From Prochlorococcus sp. AG-402-B19 (lineage in GTDB: Bacteria; Cyanobacteriota; Cyanobacteriia; PCC-6307; Cyanobiaceae): DNA of 64,000 nt. Numbering within the stretch: the first letter of the stretch is position 1; each line of letters opens with the position of its first letter. Of the stretch, positions 1 through 10,112 are shown piece after piece. Location: contig QCHM01000003.1 of assembly GCA_003279615.1 (NCBI GenBank), forward strand, positions 12,908 to 76,907, in the 5' to 3' direction. Below the pieces are notes generated by a model. It was not told the DNA's origin. It ran no database searches and saw only the letters and a program-made list of their open reading frames with translations. The translations under genes and the position numbers were made by a program.

Positions 1-454
1 AAACGATATAAATAATTTTGCTGATGCTTTTGTTCGTCCACTTCATTTACCTTTTCCAATTACGCTTTCTTACATAGCAGCAGGATCTGAAATTGGTGGT
101 AGTTGGTTGTTGATTATTGGAATTGCAACAAGAGTTGGTGCTGCGGCAATACTATCGACTATGAGCGTTGCTATATATCATGCAATTGTTACAGCGGGTT
201 TTAACATATACTTGCTTGAGCTTTTAGCTCTTTATTTCTCTTCTGCATTTTCGATAATTCTGTTAGGTCCAGGTATGTTTTCTGCTGATTATTTGATAAA
301 AGAAATGATTAAGATGAATCCCAATTTAATAAAGTCTATATCATATGTGAATTCACTTAAAAATCACGAATCTTCCTCTAAAATTAAATATTCAAAGTCC
401 ATTAAAGATAAGAATATATTTGAATTTCCTTTCTCTAGCTTCTTATCTTCATGA
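1..454 (+). CDS. DoxX family membrane protein (5'-partial; frame open from the window edge)
   Basis: Frame is open from position 2 (NDINNFADAFVRPLHLPFPITLSYIAAGSEIGGSWLLIIG...). The E-xx-G-xx-L-xx-G-xx-TR and LLGPG-x-FS-x-D motifs are typical of DoxX. Confidence 0.85.
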   Translation, partial: NDINNFADAFVRPLHLPFPITLSYIAAGSEIGGSWLLIIGIATRVGAAAILSTMSVAIYHAIVTAGFNIYLLELLALYFSSAFSIILLGPGMFSADYLIKEMIKMNPNLIKSISYVNSLKNHESSSKIKYSKSIKDKNIFEFPFSSFLSS

Positions 455-466
455 TTGATTAATAAG

Positions 467-799
467 TTATCTATTGTTTGATTCTTTTTTCTTCATTGAT
501 AAGTAGAACCACATCCATGTAGGCAAAGTAATAAAAAAACCAATCAATATGATATAGCTTTTTGTTGTATCCCAAGAGGCTTCATAGCATTTTTCTTTTA
601 TTTTATATGAATTATTTACTTTGCTGTTAAGGTTTCTACAGATATTAAGTCCATGAATACTAAGTGTCCCGTATGTGATAGCTGTTGGTACAGTAGCAAG
701 GAATATTGCGAGTATTAAATTGCCTAGCCTCAAGTTGAGGTCTTTTCTTTTGTGTTGATCCATACTTATATTTTTAGCCATATTTATGAAATTGAACAA
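467..799 (-). CDS. Hypothetical membrane protein (2 predicted TM segments)
   Basis: 110-aa ORF with two hydrophobic stretches flanking a loop that contains 2 Cys. No family recognised. Confidence 0.6.
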   Translation of the reverse strand: MFNFINMAKNISMDQHKRKDLNLRLGNLILAIFLATVPTAITYGTLSIHGLNICRNLNSKVNNSYKIKEKCYEASWDTTKSYIILIGFFITLPTWMWFYLSMKKKESNNR

Positions 800-1045
800 T
801 ATATTTCTTATTTTTTTACAATACAGTAAGTATTCTTAGCCAATAACCTAATTAAAGGTTGTTATGTATTTTTTATAATTAAAAATCCCCTAATCCTTAG
901 GCATTTACTATTTATATGTTTTATGAATTATCGGTTATGGAAGTTTGTTAATAAATTGTGGGTTTATAAACTTTGTAAATTTATATATGCTTAATATACT
1001 TATCTTAGGCTAAAGTTGATTTTAATAGCAATAAATCTATTTTTA

Positions 1046-1249
1046 ATGTCTACTAGTAAGAGAGAGGAAGTTAGTTCGCATTTGCGTTATATCCGGCAAG
1101 AACTTCGAGACTTGGATCAAATGCTTGGAAAACATGGCCTTCTACCTGAAATGTCTGAGCTTAAAGAGGTCTATAATTCTCTAGATGCTCTTCATCAATT
1201 ACTTTCTGGCAAAGTTAAAAAGAAACCAAAGCCCGAGTTCGATGATTGA
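1046..1249 (+). CDS. Small hypothetical helical protein
   Basis: ORF track gives 1016..1249; the ATG at 1046 (MSTSKREEVSSHLRYIRQELRDL...) is the likelier start. Amphipathic coiled-coil-like composition. Confidence 0.75.
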   Translation: MSTSKREEVSSHLRYIRQELRDLDQMLGKHGLLPEMSELKEVYNSLDALHQLLSGKVKKKPKPEFDD

Positions 1250-1364
1250 AGTTGCTAAACCCTTTTCTTAATGATTTTTATATCAATATAAGGACTAAGT
1301 AAACTAATAAAAAACTTTTTAAATATATTTTCTCTAGCACTAACTGTTTATTATTCTGAATATC

Positions 1365-2456
1365 CTAGTCTCTTCTTCCATTAGAGTTATTTGTGAAAAA
1401 ATTTGTTTCTAATATGTCATGAATAATTATTTCTTTAACAAATACTTGAATTACAACAGCCAATGGAATTGCTAGTAATAACCCTAATGGACCAAATAAA
1501 ATAGTGAAAATAAACTGTGCAGTAATTGTTAACCCAGGAAGCAATTTAACTTGTTTTTGCATTATTGAAGGAGTTATTATATAGCTCTCAATATTTTGAA
1601 TTAATATATATAGTCCTAGAACAGCAACTGATTTCCATGGTGTATCTAGCAATGCAACCGAAAGAGGGAAAATAGTACTTATTGTTGGGCCTACATTTGG
1701 AATAACATTTAAAACACCCGCTATTAAAGCATTAGCAATAACTAATTTAATTCCTAGTAAATATAATCCAATAGAAGAAAGTATTGCTACGCATATTGAA
1801 CTGAGTAAAACCCCCGCCATCCAACTGCTTAAGGAATTTCCGCATTTTAATAAAATAATTCTTGCGCGTCTCCTGTAAAATGATGGTACTAATAATATAG
1901 CTACTTCTCTGTATGAGTTTGGCTGTAAAGCTATCATTAATGCAACAGAGATTATAAAGAACAACTGAAGAATTCCAATCCCAACATTTCCTGCTAAACT
2001 TACTAACTTTGTAATACTATCTGTTACACCATTGGCCAGTGTTGCTCCATCAGGAAAGATACTTAGTTTGTTTGTTAATATACTCCTATCTGCTAAGTTT
2101 GGAACACTATCTTTATATATAAGCTCTGCAAAACTATAAAATGTATTAATTGATAGCTCCCAAAATTTACCTGCTGCTGATGGTATTTGATTAATTAATT
2201 CCTGAAATTCAGTGGTAAACTGTGGAATTATAATAACTATTGAAATACTTGTAATTAGTATTATAGATATTAATGTTATTCCTAATGATGTCCATCTCGG
2301 TATATTTAAAAAATCTCTAATTCGTCCAGTAATTGTACAAAGTGCCATAGCTATTATTATTGAAGCAAAAAATAGTATAAGTATTTCTTTTAAACTCCAA
2401 AAAATAAATATTGATATAATTAAAGCTGAAATTAATAATAAGTTAGTTGTTTTCAA
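1365..2456 (-). CDS. AI-2E family (PerM/UPF0118) transporter
   Basis: Multi-TM protein with IPNVGP, IQNIESYIITP and FGPLGLLLAIP motifs. Confidence 0.9.
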   Translation of the reverse strand: MKTTNLLLISALIISIFIFWSLKEILILFFASIIIAMALCTITGRIRDFLNIPRWTSLGITLISIILITSISIVIIIPQFTTEFQELINQIPSAAGKFWELSINTFYSFAELIYKDSVPNLADRSILTNKLSIFPDGATLANGVTDSITKLVSLAGNVGIGILQLFFIISVALMIALQPNSYREVAILLVPSFYRRRARIILLKCGNSLSSWMAGVLLSSICVAILSSIGLYLLGIKLVIANALIAGVLNVIPNVGPTISTIFPLSVALLDTPWKSVAVLGLYILIQNIESYIITPSIMQKQVKLLPGLTITAQFIFTILFGPLGLLLAIPLAVVIQVFVKEIIIHDILETNFFTNNSNGRRD

Positions 2457-2464
2457 TTTGATAT

Positions 2465-2806
2465 CTAAATAGTAGTTAGAGAACTTGCATATCTTTTTGC
2501 AAAGCGCATAAATCTATCAAATTCTTTTTCTGATTTCCAATTGTAGGTAGACTTTACTGCCATGATGTTTTTTTCTGAAATTGATAAATCTATTTTCCTC
2601 GTTATAATCTCACCTTCTTCATCAATTAGATACATCTTCTGGATTGAATTGAAATTTTCTAGTGTTATTGTTGTCGGTTTATAAAATTTATATACTACTT
2701 GACCCTTTTTTCCATCAAAATTTCTAAATAAGCGTATTTCAGGAAGATCTGTTTCATTCTCCCCTTTTATAAATTGAATTACAGCATTTATATTGGTTTT
2801 ATTCAT
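2465..2806 (-). CDS. psb28: Photosystem II assembly protein Psb28
   Basis: IQFIKGENE..PEIRL, MYLIDEEGEI and EFDRFMRFAKRYA motifs. Confidence 0.9.
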   Translation of the reverse strand: MNKTNINAVIQFIKGENETDLPEIRLFRNFDGKKGQVVYKFYKPTTITLENFNSIQKMYLIDEEGEIITRKIDLSISEKNIMAVKSTYNWKSEKEFDRFMRFAKRYASSLTTI

Positions 2807-2848
2807 ACCTTTTTGCGAGTTAATTGATAGATATATTCTTATACAAAA

Positions 2849-3901
2849 CTATAATGGATCGAGCTTCTCATTTAAAATTTTAATCAATGATAATTTCAGG
2901 CTTAGTCCACTCAGGTCAATTGAATTAATATTTTTAGACTTATTAAGTTCGTATTCGTAACATCTATCGTAGTAATCCAGCATGGCTTTACAGGCTTTTG
3001 ACCATTCTTTTTTTTCAATTGCAACTAGTGCTTCTTTTGTTCTTTGTGGACCTAACCTTTTGCTTATTCTTTCTACTGCATCTTTTAATTTATTTTGAGA
3101 GTTTTGACTATAAACATTGACTAAATAATCTATGCGCTCATTTTTATTTTTAATAATTTCTATGACCGGTGCTTTCTTCATTTTGTTATATAAGCTATTT
3201 GGTATACGACATTTTCCTAAATTAGAGCTTTCAGCTTCTAGCCATATCTCAATAGAGTTACTTTCATGAAATTTTTCAACTGATTCTGCGAGTATATTTT
3301 CAAATTGTTGACTTGTTGGTTGCCTCTTCATACCTAATGAACCAAAACTACTTCCTCTATGATTAGCGATTCCTTCTAAATCAATTACATATATATTTTC
3401 ATTATTGATGTAATTGAGTAGATCTGTTTTCCTTGTACCTGTTTTACCTCCGATAAGTCTTAAAGGTAAATCAGTTTCAAATTGTTTTAAGACCCATTTT
3501 CGATAGCTTTTATATCCACCTTTTAACAAGTAAGTTTTAATACCAATTGTTCGTGCAAGCCAGGCAAAGGCATTAGATCTCATGCCACCTCTCCAGCAAT
3601 AAATTCGCAATGATTTATTTCCCTCCTCTTGTCTCATAGTTGTTTGTATGATTCTTTCGAGTAATTTTGTCGTTTTTGGTAAGGTCACTTTTAAACCATT
3701 TAATATTGCTTTTAAGCGACTCTCTTTTTTATAACTTTTACCTATTTGTTCTCTTTCATTATCAGTAAATAAAGGAATATTGATGGCATCTGGCCAATGG
3801 CCCTTGGAATATTCGCTAGGACTCCTCACATCAATAATCGGACAGGTAAAATTCCGAAAATCCGTTAAGGGATAACCTGAATTGGTAGGTTTCTCTGACA
3901 T
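2849..3901 (-). CDS. mnmH: tRNA 2-selenouridine synthase
   Basis: Rhodanese domain (IDVRSPSEY, CWRGGMRS), P-loop GKTGTRKT and ANHRGSSFG. Confidence 0.92.
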   Translation of the reverse strand: MSEKPTNSGYPLTDFRNFTCPIIDVRSPSEYSKGHWPDAINIPLFTDNEREQIGKSYKKESRLKAILNGLKVTLPKTTKLLERIIQTTMRQEEGNKSLRIYCWRGGMRSNAFAWLARTIGIKTYLLKGGYKSYRKWVLKQFETDLPLRLIGGKTGTRKTDLLNYINNENIYVIDLEGIANHRGSSFGSLGMKRQPTSQQFENILAESVEKFHESNSIEIWLEAESSNLGKCRIPNSLYNKMKKAPVIEIIKNKNERIDYLVNVYSQNSQNKLKDAVERISKRLGPQRTKEALVAIEKKEWSKACKAMLDYYDRCYEYELNKSKNINSIDLSGLSLKLSLIKILNEKLDPL

Positions 3902-3940
3902 AGTGTTAGTACTCAGGTCATTCTAGGTCGGAAGTGGATC

Positions 3941-4657
3941 ATGACTGAAGAAAAACCACATCAAAAAAAAGAGAGCATAAAGGAGTTTTTGGAGTCTTTT
4001 AGGATGGCTTCAGAAAGGAAACAACTTTCTTTATTATCAGTTTTGGAAGAAAGAGTTGACGATCTTCTTGGGCTTGGAGCATCTTTAATGTCTGGTTTTG
4101 AAACTGATAATTGTGATTGGACTCCCGGTTTCATTTTGCAACTAATTCATAAAAAAGATGAAAATTTCATAAAAAATATTCTCGATTGCGATGACCTTTC
4201 TTGGTTTAGTGCTCCATCTGAGGTTGGTTTTGATTATTCACCTCTTCAGCAATATTTATTAACTGAAAGTTTTGAGGATGCTGATCGATTTACAAGTTCA
4301 AAACTTAGGGAACTTGCTGGAGAAAAGGCAGTAAAAAGAGGATATGTTTATTTTTCTGAGGTCGATTCAATTCCTGGCATTGATTTGTCAACTTTGAATA
4401 AACTATGGATTGTTTATTCAAGAGGAAAATTTGGCTTCACAGTTCAAGCTAAAATATTAGATTCAGTAGGAGGTCGGTATGACAAACTTTGGCCCCGAAT
4501 CGGTTGGAAAAAAGATGGTATATGGACTAGATATCCAAAGGCTTTTACTTGGTCAATTGAAGCACCAAATGGCCACATGCCATTGATTAACCAGCTTAGA
4601 GGAGTTAGATTAATGGATTCTTTACTAAACCACAAAGCATTAATAGCTAAAGGCTAA
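3941..4657 (+). CDS. gun4: GUN4/Ycf53 porphyrin-binding protein
   Basis: DYSPLQ, LWIVYSRGKFGFTVQ, RIGW and APNGHMPL motifs. Confidence 0.88.
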   Translation: MTEEKPHQKKESIKEFLESFRMASERKQLSLLSVLEERVDDLLGLGASLMSGFETDNCDWTPGFILQLIHKKDENFIKNILDCDDLSWFSAPSEVGFDYSPLQQYLLTESFEDADRFTSSKLRELAGEKAVKRGYVYFSEVDSIPGIDLSTLNKLWIVYSRGKFGFTVQAKILDSVGGRYDKLWPRIGWKKDGIWTRYPKAFTWSIEAPNGHMPLINQLRGVRLMDSLLNHKALIAKG

Positions 4658-4779
4658 CCATTTAATTATTAATTTTAAATTTTTTCTCATAGAATACTAT
4701 TTATGACTTACGTTTAAAATATGTTTTTATTATTAGACTATTTTCTTTTATGAATTTACAAAGAATTTTTTAATTACTT

Positions 4780-5172
4780 GTGGATACTTATAAAAATTGG
4801 GATGTTTTTATTCATCCCTCTACTTTAAAACTAGCATCATTTATTGAAACTCTTTTGGAGCCTGTAATATGTAGAGAAACTGCAAATAGAATTGAATTGG
4901 GTCTGCATGAGGCTCTTGTAAATGCCGTAGTGCACGGAAACTTATCTAATCCTAATAAAGTCATTCGTGTTAGAAGAATTCTTACTCCTAATTGGTTCGT
5001 TTGGCAAATTCAAGATGAAGGAATAGGTATAGTTGAAAATAAAAGACTCAGCGTGTTGCCTCCTGAAATTGATGCTAATAGTGGAAGAGGTATATATCTA
5101 ATTCATAAGTGTTTTGATGATGTTAGATGGAGTAGAAAAGGTAATAGACTACAGCTATCATTAAAGAAATAG
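4780..5172 (+). CDS. RsbW-like HATPase (anti-sigma factor/Ser-Thr kinase fold) protein
   Basis: LGLHEALVNAVVHGN, QDEG-x-G and SGRGIYLI boxes. Confidence 0.85.
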   Translation: MDTYKNWDVFIHPSTLKLASFIETLLEPVICRETANRIELGLHEALVNAVVHGNLSNPNKVIRVRRILTPNWFVWQIQDEGIGIVENKRLSVLPPEIDANSGRGIYLIHKCFDDVRWSRKGNRLQLSLKK

Positions 5173-5176
5173 ATCT

Positions 5177-5434
5177 TTAATGACCTTTACATCCTTTATC
5201 TTTTACGTCCTCTCTTATCCACAATATTGCTTGATTAAGTAAAGTTTCTATTTCTACTTCATCTCCATTATTAATTAATTGTGAAATTGCAGAAATAATT
5301 AATTCACCGCTTCTTCTTTCTTTATTACCTCTAAATTGGTGCCAATTATAATTATTAAGACTTATCTCATTATGAAGTTCTTTTGCAAGTAACTTTGCTT
5401 TCTCTGACCAGATTTTATTTTGATTGTTCGCCAT
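5177..5434 (-). CDS. Conserved cyanobacterial hypothetical protein (DUF6439-like)
   Basis: 85 aa with NWH..RR..E and W-x-x-E-x-x-K-D-x-G-C-x-x-H pattern. Family recognised from memory. Confidence 0.7.
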   Translation of the reverse strand: MANNQNKIWSEKAKLLAKELHNEISLNNYNWHQFRGNKERRSGELIISAISQLINNGDEVEIETLLNQAILWIREDVKDKGCKGH

Positions 5435-5495
5435 GATTTTAAATTGTTTTGTAATGTATTTTTTTTAAGTCTTTAAATATTATCAATCATTAAAC

Positions 5496-6557
5496 TTATA
5501 ATGGCTTGTTAGCTTTCCATACTTTTGTCATAAAGTGTGATTCAGAGGTTATTGACGTAAAACCACTTTTTTCTAATCTTAAATCTATATCGTCGACTAT
5601 ATAGTCTCTATAAAAAGGTTCATGAAATATTTTATGAAAATTTTCCATTATTGGGGTGAATTTTGGCGAATCTTCTATTTGAATTGAATCCGCAAGTACA
5701 AGAGTTCCGCCAGGTTCTAACAATCTAAAGCACTCTTTTAGAACATTTTGTCTTGCATCTCTAGGGAGTTCATGAAATAGAAAAACACAAGTTAATGCTT
5801 GAAAATAACTTGATGAATAGGGCATTTTTTCTGCATTTCCTTTTGTCAATTGCACAAGATCTCCACTTCTGGAACTTAGATATTTGCTTGCTTGTTTTAG
5901 GTATGACCCTGACAAATCTAGGCCATAAAGTTCTACTTCCGGTAAAGCACTTTGTATTTGTTGTAGTGTTCTTCCAGTCCCTGTAGCTATGTCTAAAACT
6001 TTTACTTTCTTTGAGGATTCAGATAAATATCTTTTTAGACCTCTTTTTAAGGGGGCTAAAACTCTTCTTCGCATTGAATCCGCTGTTCCATTGAAAAGGA
6101 TCTCAACTTGTAAGTCATAAATCTCAGCTGAATGCTTACTTAAATAACCATCCGTTTGGTGATGAAAGTTTTGTAGATAATAATTTGGGTAATCTTCTTC
6201 GTTAACGTTTATCGGGATTTCTCTGGTTTTATTCTTTTTACGTCTAGCCCAAGTTTGGGGCATGTCTAGCCAAACCAAAGGATATTTCTTTGCCCATTCC
6301 AGCCATGGAGCTTCGAATAATTGAGACTTTGGATAAATACCTGCTTCTGCTTCTTGCCAATCGATCCTTTCTAAACTTTCCATTGATCGTCTGACTTCTT
6401 TTATCAAATCTCTATCAATTGGAAATTTTCCTGGAGCTGCATCTGGGGCAAAAACCTCCATCAACTTTGTACTCAACTCTTTATGGGCTAATCCAGCAAT
6501 AGTCTTCCCTTGTTGAAGAGTGTGATATGCAATTTTTTTAAGGCTTGGCGCTGCCAT
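5496..6557 (-). CDS. Class I SAM-dependent methyltransferase
   Basis: VLDIATGTG motif I, YYLQNFHHQTDGYLS and FLFHELP. Confidence 0.9.
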   Translation of the reverse strand: MAAPSLKKIAYHTLQQGKTIAGLAHKELSTKLMEVFAPDAAPGKFPIDRDLIKEVRRSMESLERIDWQEAEAGIYPKSQLFEAPWLEWAKKYPLVWLDMPQTWARRKKNKTREIPINVNEEDYPNYYLQNFHHQTDGYLSKHSAEIYDLQVEILFNGTADSMRRRVLAPLKRGLKRYLSESSKKVKVLDIATGTGRTLQQIQSALPEVELYGLDLSGSYLKQASKYLSSRSGDLVQLTKGNAEKMPYSSSYFQALTCVFLFHELPRDARQNVLKECFRLLEPGGTLVLADSIQIEDSPKFTPIMENFHKIFHEPFYRDYIVDDIDLRLEKSGFTSITSESHFMTKVWKANKPL

Positions 6558-6622
6558 GAACCATTTGATAATTCTCCTATTATCTAACAGATTTAAATAA
6601 TTAGCGACAAATTAAATAAGAA

Positions 6623-6663
6623 ATTTTTAGGTCTATGAACAAATTTCTCATAGACCTAAAAAT
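6623..6663 (-). terminator. Stem-loop terminator downstream of glnA
   Basis: Perfect 16-bp inverted repeat ATTTTTAGGTCTATGA (6623-6638) / TCATAGACCTAAAAAT (6648-6663) with a 9-nt loop, about 30 nt after the glnA stop. Confidence 0.8.
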
Positions 6664-6691
6664 CTAATATGAAATTATGTATTTACAAAAT

Positions 6692-8113
6692 TTAAGCGTC
6701 GTAGTACATAGTGAATTCATGTGGATGAGGTCTTTGTCTAAGCTGCTGAACTTCTTCGTATTTAAGATCGATCCAGTTATTAATGAAGTCATCTGTAAAT
6801 ACTCCACCTTCAGTCAAGTATTTGTTGTCGTCTTTTAAGGCTTCTAATGCATCATTTAAAGAAGAAGGAACCGTGTCTATTTTTGATAATTCCTCTGTTG
6901 GAAGCTCGAAAAGGTCAACATCAACCCCATCGCCAGGATCAATTTGATTCTTAATTCCATCAATACCAGCCATCATCATTGCTGAAAAAGCAATATAAGG
7001 GTTAGCTAATGCATCACCTGATCGGAATTCAAGCCTCTTTGCTTTTGGACTTGGACCAGTTAGAGGAATTCTTACTGCTGCTGATCTATTACCTTGCGAA
7101 TAAACTAAATTTACAGGAGCTTCAAAGCCTGGTACCAATCTTTTATAACTGTTGGTAGTTGGATTTGTAAATGCCAGGAATGAAGGAGCATGCTTCAATA
7201 TCCCTCCTATATACCATTTCGCTGTTTGAGAAAGATTGGCATAAGTTCCTTCTCCATAAAATAAGGGCTCTCCACTTTTCCATAAGCTTTGGTGAACATG
7301 CATTCCTGTTCCATTGTCATTGAAGACTGGTTTGGGCATGAAAGTTGCTGTCTTTCCATATTTTTTGGCTACATTTCTTACAACGTATTTGTAAATCATC
7401 ACATTGTCTGCAGCATTTATTAGGGGCGCAAACTTCATCCCCAATTCATGTTGTCCTGCTCCTGCTACTTCGTGATGATGTTTTTCAATAGGTATTCCCA
7501 ATTCACCCATCAAAAGAAGCATCTCAGATCTCATGTCTTGCGCTGTGTCGTTTGGCGAGACAGGGAAATATCCTTCTTTAAGTTGAATTTTGTAACCAAG
7601 ATTGCCACCTTCTTCAACTCTTCCTGTGTTCCATGGCGCTTCTATTGTGTCAACGCTATAAAAACTTCCACCTTCACCAGAGTTATATCTAACGTCATCA
7701 AAAATAAAGAATTCTGGTTCAGGACCGAAAAATGCAGCATCAGCAACACTTGTGCTCCCTAAGTAATCTAATGCTTTCTGAGCCAAAGCTCTTGGACATC
7801 TAGCATAAGGCTCTCCACTTCTTGGTTCTTGAATTGAACAGATCAAGCTAAGAGTTTTATGATGGTAAAAAGGGTCGATCCAGCATGTTGAAGGATCAGG
7901 GACCATTGCCATATCTGATTCGTTTATAGCTTTCCAGCCACGGATGGAAGAACCATCAAAAGCAAGTCCTTCTGTAAAAGAGCTTTCTTCAATAAGCTCT
8001 GAAGCTACTGTTAAGTGTTGCCACTTTCCGTGAAGGTCAGCGAATTTTAAATCTATAAGCTCAATGCCCTCGTCCTTAATTTGACGAAGAATATCTTGAG
8101 GGGTCTTGCTCAT
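6692..8113 (-). CDS. glnA: Glutamine synthetase type I
   Basis: [31 protein letters not shown] and RLEFR motifs. Confidence 0.98.
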   Translation of the reverse strand: MSKTPQDILRQIKDEGIELIDLKFADLHGKWQHLTVASELIEESSFTEGLAFDGSSIRGWKAINESDMAMVPDPSTCWIDPFYHHKTLSLICSIQEPRSGEPYARCPRALAQKALDYLGSTSVADAAFFGPEPEFFIFDDVRYNSGEGGSFYSVDTIEAPWNTGRVEEGGNLGYKIQLKEGYFPVSPNDTAQDMRSEMLLLMGELGIPIEKHHHEVAGAGQHELGMKFAPLINAADNVMIYKYVVRNVAKKYGKTATFMPKPVFNDNGTGMHVHQSLWKSGEPLFYGEGTYANLSQTAKWYIGGILKHAPSFLAFTNPTTNSYKRLVPGFEAPVNLVYSQGNRSAAVRIPLTGPSPKAKRLEFRSGDALANPYIAFSAMMMAGIDGIKNQIDPGDGVDVDLFELPTEELSKIDTVPSSLNDALEALKDDNKYLTEGGVFTDDFINNWIDLKYEEVQQLRQRPHPHEFTMYYDA

Positions 8114-8149
8114 GGTTAATTTAGTTTGCGACAGAGATACTTAATTATG

Positions 8150-8191
8150 AACGTAATTAGCGATTGAATCTCCTTTTGTATTAAGAAGCAC
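8150..8191 (-). promoter_or_regulatory. NtcA-activated promoter of glnA (GTG-N8-TAC, 22-nt spacer, TAN3T -10)
   Basis: Minus strand reads GTGCTTCTTAATAC (8191-8178), then 22 nt, then TACGTT (8155-8150). This matches the canonical class II NtcA promoter geometry. Confidence 0.8.
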
Positions 8192-8347
8192 TTTTTTAGG
8201 ACTTTTAACAGAAAACTTTGTTTATTTCCTGAATTGTTTTGTCTTTTTAGAAAAAATCTAGCTAATTCCTATTGCAATCCCTAAAAAAACACCCAGACCT
8301 TACCCATAGCTGTTTAGGCTCATAACTATATGAACTGATCTGTTTTC

Positions 8348-9508
8348 TTGGCCACTCAAATTCTTCCTTCTGTTGATAATCAACATCGTAAAGATTTTGG
8401 TCCAACTGTCTCTCCTGAAAGGTTGTTGCTTGGGCCCGGCCCATCCAATGCAGATCCTGCTGTTTTGAAAGCATTATCTCAACCTCCTATCGGTCATTTG
8501 GATCCTTTTTATGTGGATCTTATGAGTGAGGTTCAAGAGTTGCTTAGATATACATGGCAAACAAGCAATCGTTTAACACTTCCAATGAGTGGTACTGGAA
8601 GTGCCGCCATGGAAGCAACATTAGCGAATGTAGTTGAGCCAGGAGATACTGTTCTTGTTGCCATAAAAGGATATTTTGGTCATCGACTCGCTGATATGGC
8701 AGGGCGATATAAGGCAAATGTTGAAACCATTCAAAAAGATTGGGGAAAAGCTTTTTCTCTCAATGAAATTGAAGATGCTCTCAAAAAATATAACCCTGCG
8801 GTACTAGCAATTGTTCATGCCGAAACCTCAACAGGTGTTTGTCAACCTCTTGATGGAATTGGTGATTTATGCAGAAAATATGATTGTTTACTCCTCGTCG
8901 ATACAGTAACTTCTCTGGGTGGTGTCCCTCTTTATTTAGACGAGTGGAAAATTGACCTAGCTTATAGTTGTAGTCAAAAAGGATTAAGTTGCCCTCCTGG
9001 ATTAGGTCCTTTCTCAATGAATGAAAGGGCTGAAAATAAAATGAGTAATAGAAAAGATAAAGTACCTAACTGGTATTTAGATGTTTCTTTATTAAATAAA
9101 TATTGGGGAAGTGATCGTGTATATCATCATACTGCTCCTGTAAACATGAATTTTGGTATTAGAGAAGCTCTTCGATTGTTAGCAGAGGAAGGTCTAGAAG
9201 CTTCATGGGATAGGCATAGAAAAAATGCTAAATCACTTTGGGATTCATTAGAAAATATTGGTTTAGAATTACAAGTTAAAGAAGAATTGCGTTTACCTAC
9301 TCTAACTACTGTAAAAATACCTGAGAGAGTTGATGGAAAGGCTTTTACTAAACATTTACTAAATAATTTTGGTGTTGAGATTGGTGGAGGCCTTGGTGAT
9401 CTGGCTGGTAAAGTTTGGAGAATAGGTTTAATGGGATATAATTCAACCTCCAGGAATGTAGATAAGATAATAAATATTTTTGAAACTGAATTACCTAAGT
9501 TTAGATAA
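8348..9508 (+). CDS. spt: Alanine-glyoxylate / serine-pyruvate aminotransferase (class V PLP)
   Basis: LLLGPGPS, VHAETSTG, VDTVTSLGG and SQKGLSCPPG motifs. Confidence 0.92.
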   Translation: MATQILPSVDNQHRKDFGPTVSPERLLLGPGPSNADPAVLKALSQPPIGHLDPFYVDLMSEVQELLRYTWQTSNRLTLPMSGTGSAAMEATLANVVEPGDTVLVAIKGYFGHRLADMAGRYKANVETIQKDWGKAFSLNEIEDALKKYNPAVLAIVHAETSTGVCQPLDGIGDLCRKYDCLLLVDTVTSLGGVPLYLDEWKIDLAYSCSQKGLSCPPGLGPFSMNERAENKMSNRKDKVPNWYLDVSLLNKYWGSDRVYHHTAPVNMNFGIREALRLLAEEGLEASWDRHRKNAKSLWDSLENIGLELQVKEELRLPTLTTVKIPERVDGKAFTKHLLNNFGVEIGGGLGDLAGKVWRIGLMGYNSTSRNVDKIINIFETELPKFR

Positions 9509-10030
9509 TAAATTCACTCTACTATTAACTCTTTTATCTTTAAACCAATCCAAAATTATTTTACTTGATTCTTCTTCCATTAAGCCTCCTTCAATCAACA
9601 TTTTATGATGGGCACTTTTATGCTCAGCTAGATTCATAGTTCCCCCTAGTGCTCCTCTTTTTGTATCTTTTGATCCATATATAACTCTCCCCATTCTTGC
9701 CTGTATTAAAGCACCTGCGCACATTGGGCATGGCTCTAGATTTACTATCAATGTACAGTCGTTAAACCTCCAATCATTATTTATCCAAGCTGCTTGACGA
9801 AGTGCAACCAACTCAGCATGACCTAAAGGGTCTTTCAATGTTTCCCTTACATTTCCCCCATAGCCTATACATCTGCCTTTTTTGTCTAGAATAATTGCAG
9901 CAATAGGAACTTCCCCTCTCTTGCCTATGAGTATTGCTTTAGATAGCAATCTTCTCATCCAATTGATTTTTTCTTGATGACTTAGTGAGATTGGTTTTGA
10001 CAAATGTTTAGGTCTTTGGTGAATTATCAA
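9491..10030 (-). CDS. tadA: tRNA adenosine(34) deaminase
   Basis: GEVPI, HAE and LEPCPMCAGA zinc-deaminase motifs. Confidence 0.88.
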   Translation of the reverse strand: MIIHQRPKHLSKPISLSHQEKINWMRRLLSKAILIGKRGEVPIAAIILDKKGRCIGYGGNVRETLKDPLGHAELVALRQAAWINNDWRFNDCTLIVNLEPCPMCAGALIQARMGRVIYGSKDTKRGALGGTMNLAEHKSAHHKMLIEGGLMEEESSKIILDWFKDKRVNSRVNLLSKLR

Positions 10031-10112
10031 ATAAAATAATTACTCAAAGATTAATCATTTTTTTGGGTTTTGAACTTGAACATCCAATACTACAAATAGA
10101 GACTTATTTCCT

